Shown one piece after another: positions 36,123-50,471 of a stretch of DNA of 64,000 nt. The position numbers and the translations under genes were made by a program. How positions within the stretch are numbered: the stretch's first letter is position 1; each line of letters starts with the position of its first letter. Source of the DNA: Nymphaea colorata (Eukaryota); assembly GCF_008831285.2 (NCBI RefSeq), contig NC_045138.2:16244001-16308000 (forward strand). The letters run 5' to 3'. The notes beneath the pieces were generated by a model. The model saw only the letters and a list, made by a program, of their open reading frames with translations. It did no database searches and was not told where the DNA came from.

Positions 36123-37891
36123 GGTCCTCTTGGCGAACTCCGGCGGACACTCTCGTATCAGCTTCAATTTCCCTCCAAAACTTGGCGCTACGAACGACTG
36201 GCTTCCTCGAGCAGAGGATTTTTGCGTCTTGCTTTATCGGGTCGCAGATCAAACGACCTATACGTGATACACACACGACAAAATGACATGGACACGAGCC
36301 AGGAACAGGCGATTAACAGATTGGGAGAACCGGAGAACATTCGTGGATCCTTATGAAGATGCCGAGGAAACGTTATGACCACCGGATCGTCCGTTTTCTC
36401 TAGTCTGAAGAAAGGGCGTCTCAGACAATTCAACAATAAAAAATAAAAAAACATGTTTAGTGTTTTTTCGGATCATCTTTTAGAACAGGTGGTATAAATG
36501 CTACAATATGATTAAACGTTTAATTTATGAAATTAGATTATAGATTAAGAGATTCTAGTGTATGTCCTCGTTGTTTTAGGAAAAACAAGCACTTTAATGT
36601 AAGGGAAAGATCCTTATTCAGAAAATGATAGAGAGCATACAGCTATCAAAATGAGAGAAGAGGCCTACAAAGTGACACTGGAAGCAGTAGGAAGTAGAAG
36701 GCTGATCTTAAAGGCAGGCTTTGAAGCAAGAAGAGGGAGATAGATTTACGAAATAATTATGTAAGCCATGAAGCAATTATACCTGAACTGATGAAAGCAA
36801 AAATGCAAAACACCAACCTGAAAATAAGGAAAAATGTAAAGCAATGTTCGTAGAGTAACTATGGATATTAGTCAGAATCTTTGCCACACCAACCAATGCA
36901 TGTACATCAGCTAGGTTGACAACAAAGTAACCGTGGAATAATCAACCAGAAAACCGCAAAATAATTAACTGAACGATTGTTCGCCAATTTTAGAGCAAAG
37001 GAGCTTTCCATAATGTCTTGTAAGTTAAAAAGAAACCTGCTCGATTCAGTCTTGACCTAAGCTACAGCGTCCAATCTAACCTTGCATGCTTAGAATTGGA
37101 GTTGGGTTCAGATTTAGATCTGATTGTTCAAGAACAAACTTGATCGCAACTGGCTTAAGACCTAAACGTTTACTTGCAAACAGGTCGGAACCTTTTGAAG
37201 TTAGCTAAGAACCAGACTCAATACAAATCCAAATGCCACGTTCACGTTGGAAGATAGTCTATTATTAGATATGACTAAACAAGTTAGAGTTTAAAGTGAG
37301 AAATCAGGTGGCAAAGCTGAACCCTTTGATCATGACCATACTCTGATTGGGTGTTTGTCTGCTTAAATCTTAGATCCTGATTAATTAGTAGGCTTACGAA
37401 TGAATAGGTTGATTAATTAACTAGTCTAACGAACTTATCTTAATTGGTTTAAAACATAGGTCATTTAGTAACTAACTCGACTGGGATTATCAACAGAGCA
37501 CATGATGTTTATCGAAATTATTTTTTTCATTGTTGGAAATTAATTTTTGAATGTCCAACAAAATCTTGTAGTGATTATATATATATATATATATATATGC
37601 CTTATTTGTATATTTACTTCCCCAAATTAGAGAAGTTTCTGTCTACAGGCCTATATATATACACAACATACACAAAGAGGAGAGAGAGATAGAAATAGAA
37701 AGCTATTGATGGGAATCATTTGGGTTGTAGATTACAAAAAGATCAGATGGTAGAAACTAAGTTGCAAATACATAAGTTAAATTGGTTTTAAAAGTCCAAA
37801 ATACCTTCAAAAGAAGAAAACAAATGAGCTTCCTTAAACGAAAATTGTTGTCTTGTTGATAAGTATTTTAGACTCTTGAAAATTTGACTTC

Positions 37892-38005
37892 TATATTTTC
37901 AAATTTATCTTTATCTTTTGATTTCATTGCAATCGATGACCTTTATATATAGGTCATCGATTGCAATGAAATCAAAAGATAAAAATAAAGATAAAGTTGA
38001 AAATA
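37892..38005. repeat. Inverted repeat / hairpin with 33-bp perfect arms
   Basis: 37910-37942 TTTATCTTTTGATTTCATTGCAATCGATGACCT is the exact reverse complement of 37951-37983. Loop TTATATAT; imperfect extension about 20 bp further out. Confidence 0.92.
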
Positions 38006-38423
38006 TTGAAAATTCAGTTGGGTATATTATTTTCAAAAATAAAATATCTCAAATTTTCCTTCCTTAGTAGTGACAGAGCATATACAGAAAAATAAAAAGT
38101 AAGATTGAAATTGCGATCACAGCTTTAATTGAAATTTCAACATGCCTTCAAGTTAGAGGTCCAGGCTTATCATGGAAATAAAGTCAAAAAGTTAGCCCCT
38201 GAATGAAGGTGATGTCTTATCTTATTAAGTCCACAGCCACATCAAGTTGCTTAGCCCTTTTCAGTCGATGATCTTATCTCAAGCTACCCTCCCGTTTATT
38301 ATTCTTAATATAATTTCTTTCACTAGTATCGTTTATTTATTTATATGTTCTTGTTGACTGGAACATGATTTTCAGTTCGATTTTCATAGGTGTTATCATG
38401 AGTGGACCCAAGAAAGCCGACAT

Positions 38424-38552
38424 GAGCCATGCATGTGCCCTCCTCCTCAATTTGTTTTTTAAATTTACATTGAAACTTTAAAAAACTTCATTTGTCCTAA
38501 ATAAAAAATTTGAAAAATTATATTTCAACCTCGAAAAATTTTAAAACTATAA
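38424..38552. mobile_element. Dispersed MITE-like repeat, related copy at ~39853-40000
   Basis: Both copies carry GAGCCA..GCCCTCCTC..AATTTACAT..AAA.TTT.AAAAA..TATATTTCA..AAAATTTT.AAACTATAA in the same orientation. Confidence 0.6.
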
Positions 38553-39709
38553 CTTGACTTTCTTCGTGAAAAAAAGAAAAATCATATCTCCACTACAAAT
38601 GATGGCATTATGACACTTTAGTTGACAGGTACCCTCAAGTCCAAAAGCAATCCTAGACTCCAGGAAGAACCAGAGAAGAGGGGATGGGTTCTTTGTTCCT
38701 TCTTCCAATAGCTTTTCGCACTCAAAATATATAGTTTGTTTGTGCTGATTCATCCTTCCTTGGGCTGACAAAAAAAAACAATCGAGCATGTACCACATGC
38801 ATCCATCCTAACCTGTCTTGTTGGTCAAGCGCCACCAAAAGGCACAACAAATGATGCTTTTGTTTTTATTTGAAATAATAAACGTATTTAATTATTATGT
38901 CTTATTTAGTACAATACATATGTTAGCTAGCTAGGTTTAAATCGTATAGAAAGTTGATAGTGAGAGGAATATTTTCCCAAACAGACCCATAAGCTTAAAT
39001 TCGGTATTATGAGTCTTCTATATATGGTTGTTGGTATAGCCTTACGAGGACAACGACATGAGAAAACTATGGAGATGAAAAGTTAAAAAGTTAAAAGTTG
39101 ATCCAAAGTCTCCAACTTGACACTAACAATCTCTTGTTTGATGCCTTGCTTTTTCTGTGAATATTAATAAGCTCAGTAGTTACTGAAATTCGAGCATATC
39201 CGCTCGGCCCAGATCGGTTGACGCACATTATATTTCGTTGGTATTTTTTAAAAAAATTAATTTAAATTTTCAAGTTATTTTCTAAGTGAAAAACACACTT
39301 ATGAACTAACCCTGGCTCCACATTGGGGGGAGCTGGGCTGGACCACAGATGTTCTTAATTAGTACATTTATATATACAAATTCAAGAAAATTGAAACTAG
39401 CCGGCTGTCCGATGTCATCGGATGGTTAAATATTTGAAATCCATTGCTGAAAGTGCTAATGAAACCATCATTAAAGCATTACAAATTGTTGTTATATCAT
39501 TAACCATGGATAATGCTTTGTGGGTAAAGATTTTTAGCAACGAATTTTAAAAGTTTAACCATATGGCAACATCAGTTGATTCCAATTCTTCCAAAAACTC
39601 ATATTGTTCTCAATGGTTAAAGATTGAATATCTAGCCAAGCTAAGGACATACAAACTGGGCATGGCGTCGAGTGCTAATTGGATCATGAAAATGACCTTT
39701 GAACCAGGA

Positions 39710-39770
39710 TTAGATTAAATAAGCTTGGTCCGACCTGGCCTAGATTAACTAAGCTTGGTCCGACCTGGCC
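39710..39770. repeat. 30-bp tandem duplication
   Basis: TAGATTAA.TAAGCTTGGTCCGACCTGGCC occurs twice. Confidence 0.85.
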
Positions 39771-42583
39771 AGGCCAGATAATTTTGTGGCTCAATCCATA
39801 GGCTGTGTTCAAGAGCGCTGCATGGCTACGTCTATAAACATAGATAGAGTACGAGCCAGGAGGAGCTCTGGCCCTCCTCTTAAAAAAAAAAAAAAAAGTA
39901 GTAATAATTTACATGTAAATTTTAAAAAATTTCAGTTATCTTATATAAAAAAATTTAAAAAAATATATTTCAGCTCCTGTTAAAATTTTGAAACTATAAT
40001 TTAATTTCTTTTAACTTCACACCCCGGAGTCATCTCGATGTTGGCATGCAAAACATTGAGATGCAACATGTTGGTTCTAGTAATGTACATGGGACTTAAA
40101 TGTTTGAACGTTTACAGTAGAATTCTTCACCCCCAGTTTTCTTTCTCTCTCTCAAGTCTCAAGATATATATTAATTATTTTGTAAAGCAGAGAGGAAGCA
40201 GACGTCCTGAGGTAGGGAAGGAAATAAGAGGGTACGACAACTTTGATCGAGTGTTAATGGTGTCTTATTTGCAAACAGGAACTGCACCGACTCTGCGCCC
40301 TTTGTCTGATCCCAGCGTGCTTAATCCGATGGAAACCATGGGTGCAGAACCAGGGTTTTGGACCCCCGGTTTCTTACCAAGCGAGATAAGTTTTGCAGGA
40401 AGTAAGGAGTAGGTGAAGGTGGACATCTGTTCTGCTTTCTTTTTAATTTCGTCGCCAGTGAAATGGCAGTGGCAGCCATGTTGGACTCTCCCGCAAGCCT
40501 GGGATTGTAGCCCATCGAATTGCTCTTCTTCTGCAGGTTGGCCTACTTCTTTTACTTTCTTTCCAACTAAAAGTTAGCTTTCGATAGCGAGAGGGAGAAA
40601 GGTAAGTACCCAACTGAAAAAGGAAGGTTTGAAATCTGCAGCAACCAACCAAAAGAAGAATCCAGGTTGAACGTTCGCTAGCTTAGTTTTCAATACTGTT
40701 CGCCGGTCTTCATGTCTGTTACATCTTTATGGAAGACAGAGATCTACTGAAGAGGCTGAAACCCCTCCGTTCCTCCGGTTGGTAACTCTTTTCAACTCAT
40801 TAATAGTATCTGAGTTTATAATCTAGAAAGAAAACACCCATGAAAATCAAACATCACTGAGCTTACAGCGAACCACTAACCTGACCAGCTACCTTGCACT
40901 AATGTTTTTCTTCTCGCATCATAGAAAACAGTTTGAGAATCCAATCAGCCGTTTCGGCCAAATAGGTTTTTAATTATTTAAAAAACATATATAAATATAT
41001 ATTAAAAAAATATTTAACAAACCTTTCTTATCAAAGGGGAATAAAAATAAAAAAAACTAAAAATTTTAATTTTTTTTTAAATAAATGAAAATCGACGCAT
41101 GGAACTATGTGAGGCTGATTTTGATAGCATTAAATCAAACAACTATAGATCTCTTTTCTCTCTCTCCGTGCGAGTAGGTGGCAGGTGCCAACAAAAATGT
41201 TTGAGCAGTAGGGGTCTCTTAATAATAGCAAGGGATTTCTAAAATAAATCTTTTTAGACTATTACTTAAACTTGTGGGCTATGAGTTATATGTCGTGCGT
41301 GTACACGCGTATTTTTATTACGTACCATCCTCCTGAAGATATTGGCAATAATAATCTCATGAAATTTGTTTTCCATACCCAAACACAGAAATATCAACAT
41401 GAACAAACGCGTATCGATCGAAAGGATTCATATTGATGTTCAGATCTTTGTTAAAAATCTAAGTTAATTGCTGAACAAGAAACCATCACCGTAAGTACGT
41501 AACCGAATGTTAAAGGGTTTATAATTATACAAACTTCTAAGAAAATGCACGCCACATGCATATAATACAAAATCGTATAAACCACTACCACGCATAGATG
41601 GAAATGATATTATAAGTCCAAAAAGTCATCGGGGTAGCAAAATATAAATCTAGAATTGTTGTGGGGGCCTAAGTTTTCATTGTCTAAACCACTAAGGCCA
41701 CTTGAAAGTCTCTCTTGAGGCAAAATCTTGTATTCCTTCGTTATCTACACGTAAAGAAAACTTATTAAATGAGAAGATGCCAATACATCTCGAAGACTAT
41801 AATATGTCTTCCAAGGATTACATTGACACTTTTATAAAGAAGCATATAATATATGATGACGATATTGAGAGGGGCCTTATTACTTATTAGTGCTAATTGC
41901 TAAACATAGAAACAAAATGGGCAGCTATAAATAAAGAAAATATTTTATAAACATTTTAATAATATATGTCGACATTTCCAACTGAATAACATAGCTGACA
42001 AACCGACAACCAAAGTCAAATAATTTTTTAGCTGAGAAATGATAAGAGGGCCTAATACCATCCATCAGATCCATTAAAACAACGTTTGTATCAATGTTTT
42101 GAACATCAACTTACGGATCCAAAACCTTTGAAACTGGTGTTAACTAGTAAGTAAAATTTTTTCTATTATTACTGATTTTATTTTTGTTAATATATCAGCT
42201 GATACGAGACGGACTCTTTCCAGAAATCGGTCGATTTGGTCGACACAGGCCCCATTTTAACTGCATGTCCTAAACGGAACATCGCGATACGACGTATCGT
42301 CCAATATAATTTCAAATACGGTAATATGCATCAGAGTCGGTTTCAATTGGCCGATTTTAATAGAATTAGTGGCAAAAGAGATTAGATTTGACAGCTAACT
42401 AATTTAAGGGCGCTACATGTCAAATCTTCGTGACTTTTAAAGCATCTGAAGCGGCTTTTTCATATTTTTTATCATTTTAAATACGTTATATTTTTATTTT
42501 TTAAAAGTATTTATTTAATATTTCCGGCCAATTTTTCGCAGCCAATTATTCCACTGAATCGGTGATTTGGTAGGTTCAGCTGC

Positions 42584-42587
<4 letters not shown>

Positions 42588-42647
<60 letters not shown>
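42588..42647. repeat. (TA)n microsatellite
   Basis: About 30 dinucleotide units, directly visible. Confidence 0.95.
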
Positions 42648-42649
<2 letters not shown>

Positions 42650-45284
42650 TTTTTTTTTTCTGGGTCAAAGCGTGAAATAAACAGTTGAGACAACGCGTGT
42701 ATGTGTCCAAAAGTGCAAACAAATCTATGTAAAATATTTAGGTAATTAATAAAAAATAACCATGTCACAAATTTTAAGTTATTTATTATAAAAATATTAT
42801 TTTAATTTCTTAAGCCAGAGCGAAGGAAGACAAATTAAACCACATGCAAACAATAAATAGTTTAAGCACGTAAGGACAAACGTCACAAGGGAGGTCGGTT
42901 TATAATAAATTGCTTAAAGACAGTTTCTGGAGTTGTGCAAGAGTAGAAGCATAAGATCAGCTGATTCTTCGTCCACAGATTTCGTGTTACTCTACAATTG
43001 ATTCAATAAGTTCTTGTCATTCAACCACGCCACTTCAGAACAATTACTAGTGTCTTTTTTATTAAATATCTACTTAAACGAAACTGAATTTAGCGAAAGC
43101 CCTAAATAGCATCATGCAAATCAATTTTCATAGTTTTCCATTTATTTTTTCAAAAATAAAATTTAAAATGTATGTAGCCGATTCAATTTAGCCAAAAAAC
43201 TGATTTTTACAACAACAACCAAAATATATTGAAAATAAGATATCATTGAAGCGCCAAGTTTCGAGATCATATGCTATCCATTTACGCTTACGTAGATCCA
43301 CTGTTTACCAGGTTCAATGTAGTCGGATCTTCCTTTATTTGGATCTGGACAAGGATTGTTTGAAACTGAATCTGGCTGATTAAACAGGGTAAGTTCCAAA
43401 CAGCGGTTTAATGTATTATTTAAGTTGGTTCCATATCTTAGATCCAGATTAAGATTCAATCAGCTACACCGCATCTCTAGATTGGGATCCGACCTCAGAT
43501 TGGTATTTGGATCTTATCAGCTCAGCCAGTTCACGTCCCTGGATTTTAGCCCAATAAAAAATTTGAGAATATAAACAGTGAAAAGTGGAAAATAGTTACC
43601 AATCAAACACTGACAGGAAAGGTGAAAAAAATATGACGTGGTTGTAGTTGTATACTGTATCGACGTAATGTCGTAGCAGCTGCCGTGTCTGAAAAAGCTG
43701 AGGAAAGAAAGATGCTGCCAATATTGCCAAGAGATGATTTATTGCTGAAATAATTACGCTGGTTTTTTCTTGCATGTGTTTGGCGACGTAGCCCTCGACT
43801 CTCGTTGTCCAGTAAATCTTTTACATTCTAAAAATTTACGACCTTTTAATATAAAATCTCAGAAAAATTATTGCTACCAGAATGTCTTTAATGAGTATAT
43901 GAAAATAGAAAAAACTGTTTCTATTTGGTCAAATTATTGCTACCATATTACTGTTTATATTTTTGGAGTATTTGTCGATGTTAATCTTTTTTGCGAGATA
44001 GAAACTGCTTTGAAAACCATGCAATAGAAAGGGGAGACTTTTGATAACTTATGCTTGTCAAGAGAAATAATAATATATATTAAGCATGCTTAAAGGAACA
44101 GCCACAGGGAATATCCACTTATAGACATTTTTATTTAGGAAAAAAGTTTTAAAAAAATACAATCTTAGCGTAAATAGTGTTTCATAAATAAAAAATTGAA
44201 CTCGAGGGTGGCACCACAACTTTACTAAGTTAAAAAAATCCTTTTTTTATTTGTATAATTTATACATATCCTAGAAACGTTTTTTCATTATTTTAAATTG
44301 ATTTTGTTTGTTTCTAAATATAAAAATGGTAAAGTAGAGTTAATCAACCGCCAACCTACCTCATAATGATCACACAGCATGTACGAATCGAGTCGCTGGG
44401 ATGGACCAAGAAAAATAAGAAAAACCGGAACACTGAATCGAATAAGAGTAATTTCTTATCCGGAATGTTTTAAAGCAATAGAAATTCAAAAATAAAAATT
44501 ATTAAAAAAGAAGAAGAAAACTACAAAAAAGTACGGCTCTGACGGCGGATCAGATCTCCGGCGGTCAGATTCGAGTCGTCCAAATCTTATCCATTTTCAC
44601 AGCATAGGTATTGGTATTTGGATCTGGATCGATGGTATGGACCCGGTTTGGGGTTAATTTTCCGGCAGGTCTCGATCGGGACGATGGCAGTTCACGCATT
44701 TCAAGGACATCATCTGCGTGCTTTTCTTGTTCTACAGACGGCTACAGATGAAGAAGTGATGGATTTTCTATTTAAAAGATTCTTTAACCAATTGCAGATG
44801 GTAGGGAGGGAACTCGTCTATAGATGTCCCTTGACCAACGCCACATCAGAGAAAAGAAGGAAAAGCTAGCAATACAGTGGACGCCCACCGATTCAAACAA
44901 TCAAACCCGCCAAGAATCTTTCACGAAATCTCATGGGCATTTCAAGCCCTTCCTCGGTTTCATAAAGCCGGGAAAGGCGCAGAGCCACGAGCAGAATCCA
45001 CCACTCCAATCCTTCTTCCTCCCATTTCTCTGCATCCATTCTGTCCACTTTTTCTCTGCCCAATACCAATAAGTCAAGTTTCTGCTGTCCTTCAAAGCAG
45101 TACTCCTCTTGGTTCCCAGTAGAGAGATTTCATATAATCCAGTGAAATGGTTCTTCTGTGTTGCTGACTTGCATCATCGATCGGGAAGGTGAACAAGCTC
45201 GCAGGGAATTGGGAGTCATCGCGTGTCGTATGACAGACTAGAGAAGTAGATAGAGAGGAAACAGGTGGTTTAGTTCTTGGCTTC

Positions 45285-46963
45285 ATGTTTTACTCCAAGT
45301 CCAAGAGCTGGAGCAGATGGCCTGACCAATCTGCTAATGGAAAATCAGGTACTTTTCACCTCTTAAACTCCCTGAAACTAATACAAACATGTTTTCTATT
45401 TCCCATTGTCTGATTTCTGTTTTTTGATTTCTTGACTTCTTGTAGGCGTAGCCTGCATCAGCGGTGATGAAGCAGTTTATAGTATCCACAAACATCTTGA
45501 TCTTTCTCACATGACCAGTTCAATAAGAGAGAATGAAGTAAGCTAGCTCATAGATTATGCTACATAAGATGCTCGCTTCTTAGTTTTACCATTCTGAAAC
45601 TTACGAATCGCAAAAAACATAATTTTGTAGGAACAACCAATGAATTTGCAGGAGGAAATCAAGGAACCCATCTGCTCAAATGAAGGTGAGGACAACGATG
45701 CAGTCCTCCTCGAGGAGGTTCCCGAGGAAACAGACCCACTGGAGCAAGAAATCGAGAGCTTAAAGAACCAGGTTTTCGATCTGCAACAGAGCAAGCAGGA
45801 GCTAGAGAGGCAGTTGCTCCTGTACAATGGCCTAAAAGAGCAGGACTCGGTGAAGCTGAACGAGCTTCAACGTGTGGTAGACGCAAAGACCGCACAGATT
45901 GAGGTTCTCGGCAAGAAGATCGAATCCCTCGAAGGCGAGAATCGCCGGCTTGAGGGCCTCGCTGCCGAGAGGGCGATGCTTAAGGCCGAGATGGAGTCAG
46001 CGAGGATGAAGATGAAGGGAACTCGGAGCAAGATAAGAAAGAGCTGGGGAAAGAAGAAGGAAGTAATGACGAAGCTGCTGCAGCAGATGGCTGCTCAGAG
46101 AGCAAGAGAAGCTGAGATGCACAGCAGGGAGGCTGAGATGAAGATGATCATAGAAGGCTTGCATGGTGAGATTGAAGAGCTGAAGAGAACTAACGTGGAA
46201 TTGTTGAGCAACAAAAATGAACTAATGAAGAAACTCGATTCCATCGTCGAAGCCATAGCCACTGAGGTTCGTTGCACTAATCAATGGACTGTTTTTTCCA
46301 TCATGGTCCATTTAAACATTCAAATCATGCTTCTTTAATTTCTTTCATCTTGGTTTTTGATAGTCAGAAGATATTGCTTTGCGTTATGTGCAGAGGGAAG
46401 CAGCAGAGAAGGCCAATGAAGAAGCAAACAGATTGAAGATCGCTAACGCGAAGCTGTCCAAGCAGATCGAGATGTACAGAAACGACCGCAGAACTGATAT
46501 AGAGGAGCTGATATACCTTCGCTGGATCAACGCCTGCTTAAAATACGAGTTGCAGAAGAGACACAACTCCAAAGATCAGAAGAGTCCGAGCATGAAGCAT
46601 GAGAAGGGAGAGAATATAGTGGTGGAGCTTGGATTGGACGAGAAGTGCACGGGCTATGATTCGGACTGTTCATCAACAGAGACGTTTGAATCAATCGTAA
46701 TAGATGCTGGGACAGAGAGAGGGCCCAAGAAATCGAGGCCAAAGTTACTCCACAGGATCAAGGGATGGGTGAAGAACAACGATGAGAGAACCAACAAAGT
46801 GCAAGATGAAAACCAGAGTAGCAACTTAGCGGATGAGAAGGTGAAAGTTAGATCCTCGCGACCTCGTAATCTATTGTTTTACTGTGGGGAACTGGACTGT
46901 GCCTCAGAGATGAAGGTGATCCCAAGATCTGCAAATTTGCTTATGAAAACTACCTTTTTTTGA
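45285..46963 (+). CDS. CHUP1-like coiled-coil protein; exons 45285-45348, 45446-45537, 45631-46266, 46394-46963 (~453 aa)
   Basis: Long coiled coil with LERQLLLYNGLKEQ and DIEELIYLRWINACLKYEL, both CHUP1-family motifs. Three phase-consistent GT-AG introns. The start exon is the least certain part. Confidence 0.85.
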
Positions 46964-49900
46964 AACTTAAACGTGTATCTCTGCCTGTAAGGCATTTAAT
47001 TCTAACGGTAGAAGAAGTGACACCATTAGAGATTAATTGATCATCTGAAAGTCAATGTAGAAAGCATCATGATCTGCTGCTAAATGGTAAAAATAATAAA
47101 GACTAAATAATCTAATGGCGTGCTACGGGTGATAATGACTAAATAAGAAGGGGATCATGTCAGCCCTTTCGTCATCCTTGTCTTCGTGACTTGTCACACA
47201 CGTCCGCTGGATTTTCCAGAATTTGAAAGATTTTTTTTTTTTTCCAAAACTTTAAGACTTTTGAAAGAGACTGTTGTGTGCAGGGAGTAAATGATCATAG
47301 ACCGCCGGCGACGGAGAAGGGGAGGGACCTTCATGATCGGATTCTTCCTCTGAACTGATCTTTATGAAGTAGATTCAGAATTTTTAATTGAAGTACATTC
47401 TGAAAGATCTAATAATGAATGAATGGGATCAATTAGACGATTTTTTAGGTGCTCAGTCGATGGGTTTTATTAGGGAATTTTCACTTTTAAAGCCTAGATT
47501 TTGCCAATAATTTTTTTTTGTGCAATTTTCTAGGCGTTTTCTGGAGAGGAACAGGGGACACAGGCGTGAAATGCTCCCAAACAGGGGACACTGTTTAATT
47601 ATTTTAAAAAGTATCTTTTTTAGTTTTTTTTATATTTCTTTTTTATCCTCACAAAAAAAATTCTTTTTTATTAACCTTAACCGGAGGTATTTTCATCATT
47701 ATTTATATTACGACATAAAAAATGCATATCATTCATATTACGACATAAAAAATGCATATACAAATATGGCATACATAACCAGCTGCCCTGCGCCAGGGAA
47801 GGCCACATTGATGCCTCTTCAATGAGCCTGCCAGCTATAGTTGTAGGGGAGGCAAATTGCAGGTCTCTCCCCTGTTAAGGTTCCCACTCTCTTGTCATGA
47901 AAGTTGTCGTAATAACTACTTGAAGACGATTTTCTTTAACTTAAAAACCAAATAATATTAGATTAAACTATAATAATATAATGCGGTGATAAAAGGTAAT
48001 ACTGAAAAATTAAGTTGGGATTTATTGTTTTTTAGCTAAACAAAAATTCACTTTAAGTCAACAATTTTTATGAAAAGAGCAGCCCTAACAAAAAAAACAA
48101 AACAATTGGCTTCATTGGGCATAGCATAACTTGTCTGAAGTGTATTGCCTGTTTAAGTTCGATGGTTGTTACTTTCTTGCACTGTAAATAGTGAGATAGT
48201 GATACTTTAGTTGATAGGTATACCATGCTCCACCTAAGTCTCGAATTCCAAGATCTCAAACTTAAGAGGAATAAGGGACCTTCATAGGTTGTTAATGGTA
48301 TGTTCTCTCAAAAAATATAAACAAAAATGCACTTCAAAATTATTTTTTATTTTTTATTTTAAGATTTCCAAAGGAAGTCAATATCTCCTATGAAGTATTG
48401 ATGAGGGGCCATTGGATATTTGAAAACTTTCAACCAGCGATCATGATTTTTAAAAAGGTTCAGGTCGTTAGCCCAATCTTCACTTAGAGTTGTCAATGAG
48501 TTTACAGGACGGTTATGCACTAACAATCAGGGCTATTCCGGTCATTTTATAAGGGCATTTTTTTTCATACCATTTTTGCCTTTATGAGAGGAAGTTTTTC
48601 ATTTTTTTCAGCATGGGCATTCTGGATATTTTCAATCCACCGCACGTGGTCTCTTGTTATGAGCCATAAGGTTTGGAAATCCAATTACCAACTTGGAACT
48701 GGACCGTTTAGTTGGATTTAGCAAAGGAAAATGAAAGCCTGGTTGGGCTTGGAATTAAGTGATTGAATCTAAATCCAAATCTGATGCTTGAAAACGGCAT
48801 AAAACATTCAGATCTTACCTTGTCAGATCTGGATTAGGGTTCACAAATTTAGTTCTGAATCTAAATCTAGGTCGAAATTCAATTAAAGAAGATATCAATT
48901 GATCTGACCCAAATCTAAAGGGTTTCTATCCCTACGAGGCCTGGTTGTTAGTTGTTAATTCGCTTCTTGCGAACACAAGACTGCATTCTGGATTTGGATA
49001 AGATTAAAATACAAAACTTTCAATATATTATTACTTGGCTGCTTGCGATCAGAGGCTTTCGCATCTCTATGCAAGCTTTAAAACACAGCACCATTTCTCA
49101 CCTTCATTATTGGAAGTCGATTCATTATCTCGTAAAACATAGCGTTCCCTACTTGGAAGGGTGCCCCCAATACCCTTCAAAATATATATTCTTTATTTTC
49201 ATACTTTTTACGTAGACTTCATTTATGCAGTTCTGTCCTCAGTATTATATATATATGTATATATACTTTGGGCGATAGATGCTCTCTCGGCCTACCACAT
49301 TAATGGTTCGAATTTCTAGATATTCTCTTGCTGGTTTCAAAACAAGTTCCAATGCAATGCTTAGATACTTCTCAACACAGTCCAGAAGAGCAGAAGCCAA
49401 ATTATGGAAGCAAAACCGGCAATGATAATTTCAGTTCTTCGAGTGGTACTTGAATAAGAACTGCACTCACTGCTTAGAAAGACTATTTGTAGGATCCTCC
49501 ACTCCACCTGCGTGTGCTTTTAAGTTGTGTTTGAAAAAGGGAAAATATATGTGACTATAATCACTCATTTACTTGTTATAAGTAAGTGCAAATAACACAC
49601 TCGTGGGTCTTTCTCAGTTCATTGACAAACTGAAAATGAAAAAAGAAAGCAAGAAATTCGGAAGGCATGTAAATTAGTCTGCATTTTTTGTAAGCGAAAG
49701 TACTGATTGTGACTTGAGATCACATAGTTGAAAGACATTGTTTCATCGCTATTGAAACCATGGAACTAGTTGGACTCATCCAATTGAGGAAAAAAATAAT
49801 TAAAATAGAATTATACATGCCTTTTGAATTTTTGCTTTCTTTGCTATTTTCAACTTCTAAATGGATTGACAAAGAGCCACCACTGTCTTATTGCTAATAT

Positions 49901-50471
49901 TCTTGTGTTGTGTATAATTGCTTGTCCCATGGAGTCATGTGTGCAGCTGACTAACTGTTTTCAGAACTCCAAACCAAGTGAAGCACAAAAACCTTGTTAT
50001 ACCACACTTATTTTGCTTATAAAAATAACCTTGTCATGTTTGTCTCTCTCTTTACCTTCTACTAAATCATCTATTTAAGAAAAAAGAGCAATATATATAT
50101 ATATATATATATATTATTTGCAAATAGTATCTTTTTATGAAATATTCAAATATAGTTTTGAAAATTTATTGTTGTTCTTTAATCTGTTTTCATACATTTG
50201 TTGTATTTTCTATATTTTGAAATGTATGTTTATTTGATAATACAGTTTCAAAAAGATCTTCAAATGATACTGCAGTATTAATGAAATGGGTTTATTCTTG
50301 TTATAAATATATTGTTCAGAAGGAGTTTAAAAAATGTTTTTTGACCTAACAAAGCAACTTTGTAATTTGAATAACATAAAATGAGAGATATTGTGAGCTT
50401 TTCTTTCTTGCTCCAATTCATGAAAAAAATAAGAGTACATCTATTGGTAGTACTTTAGAAATTGAACCTTA

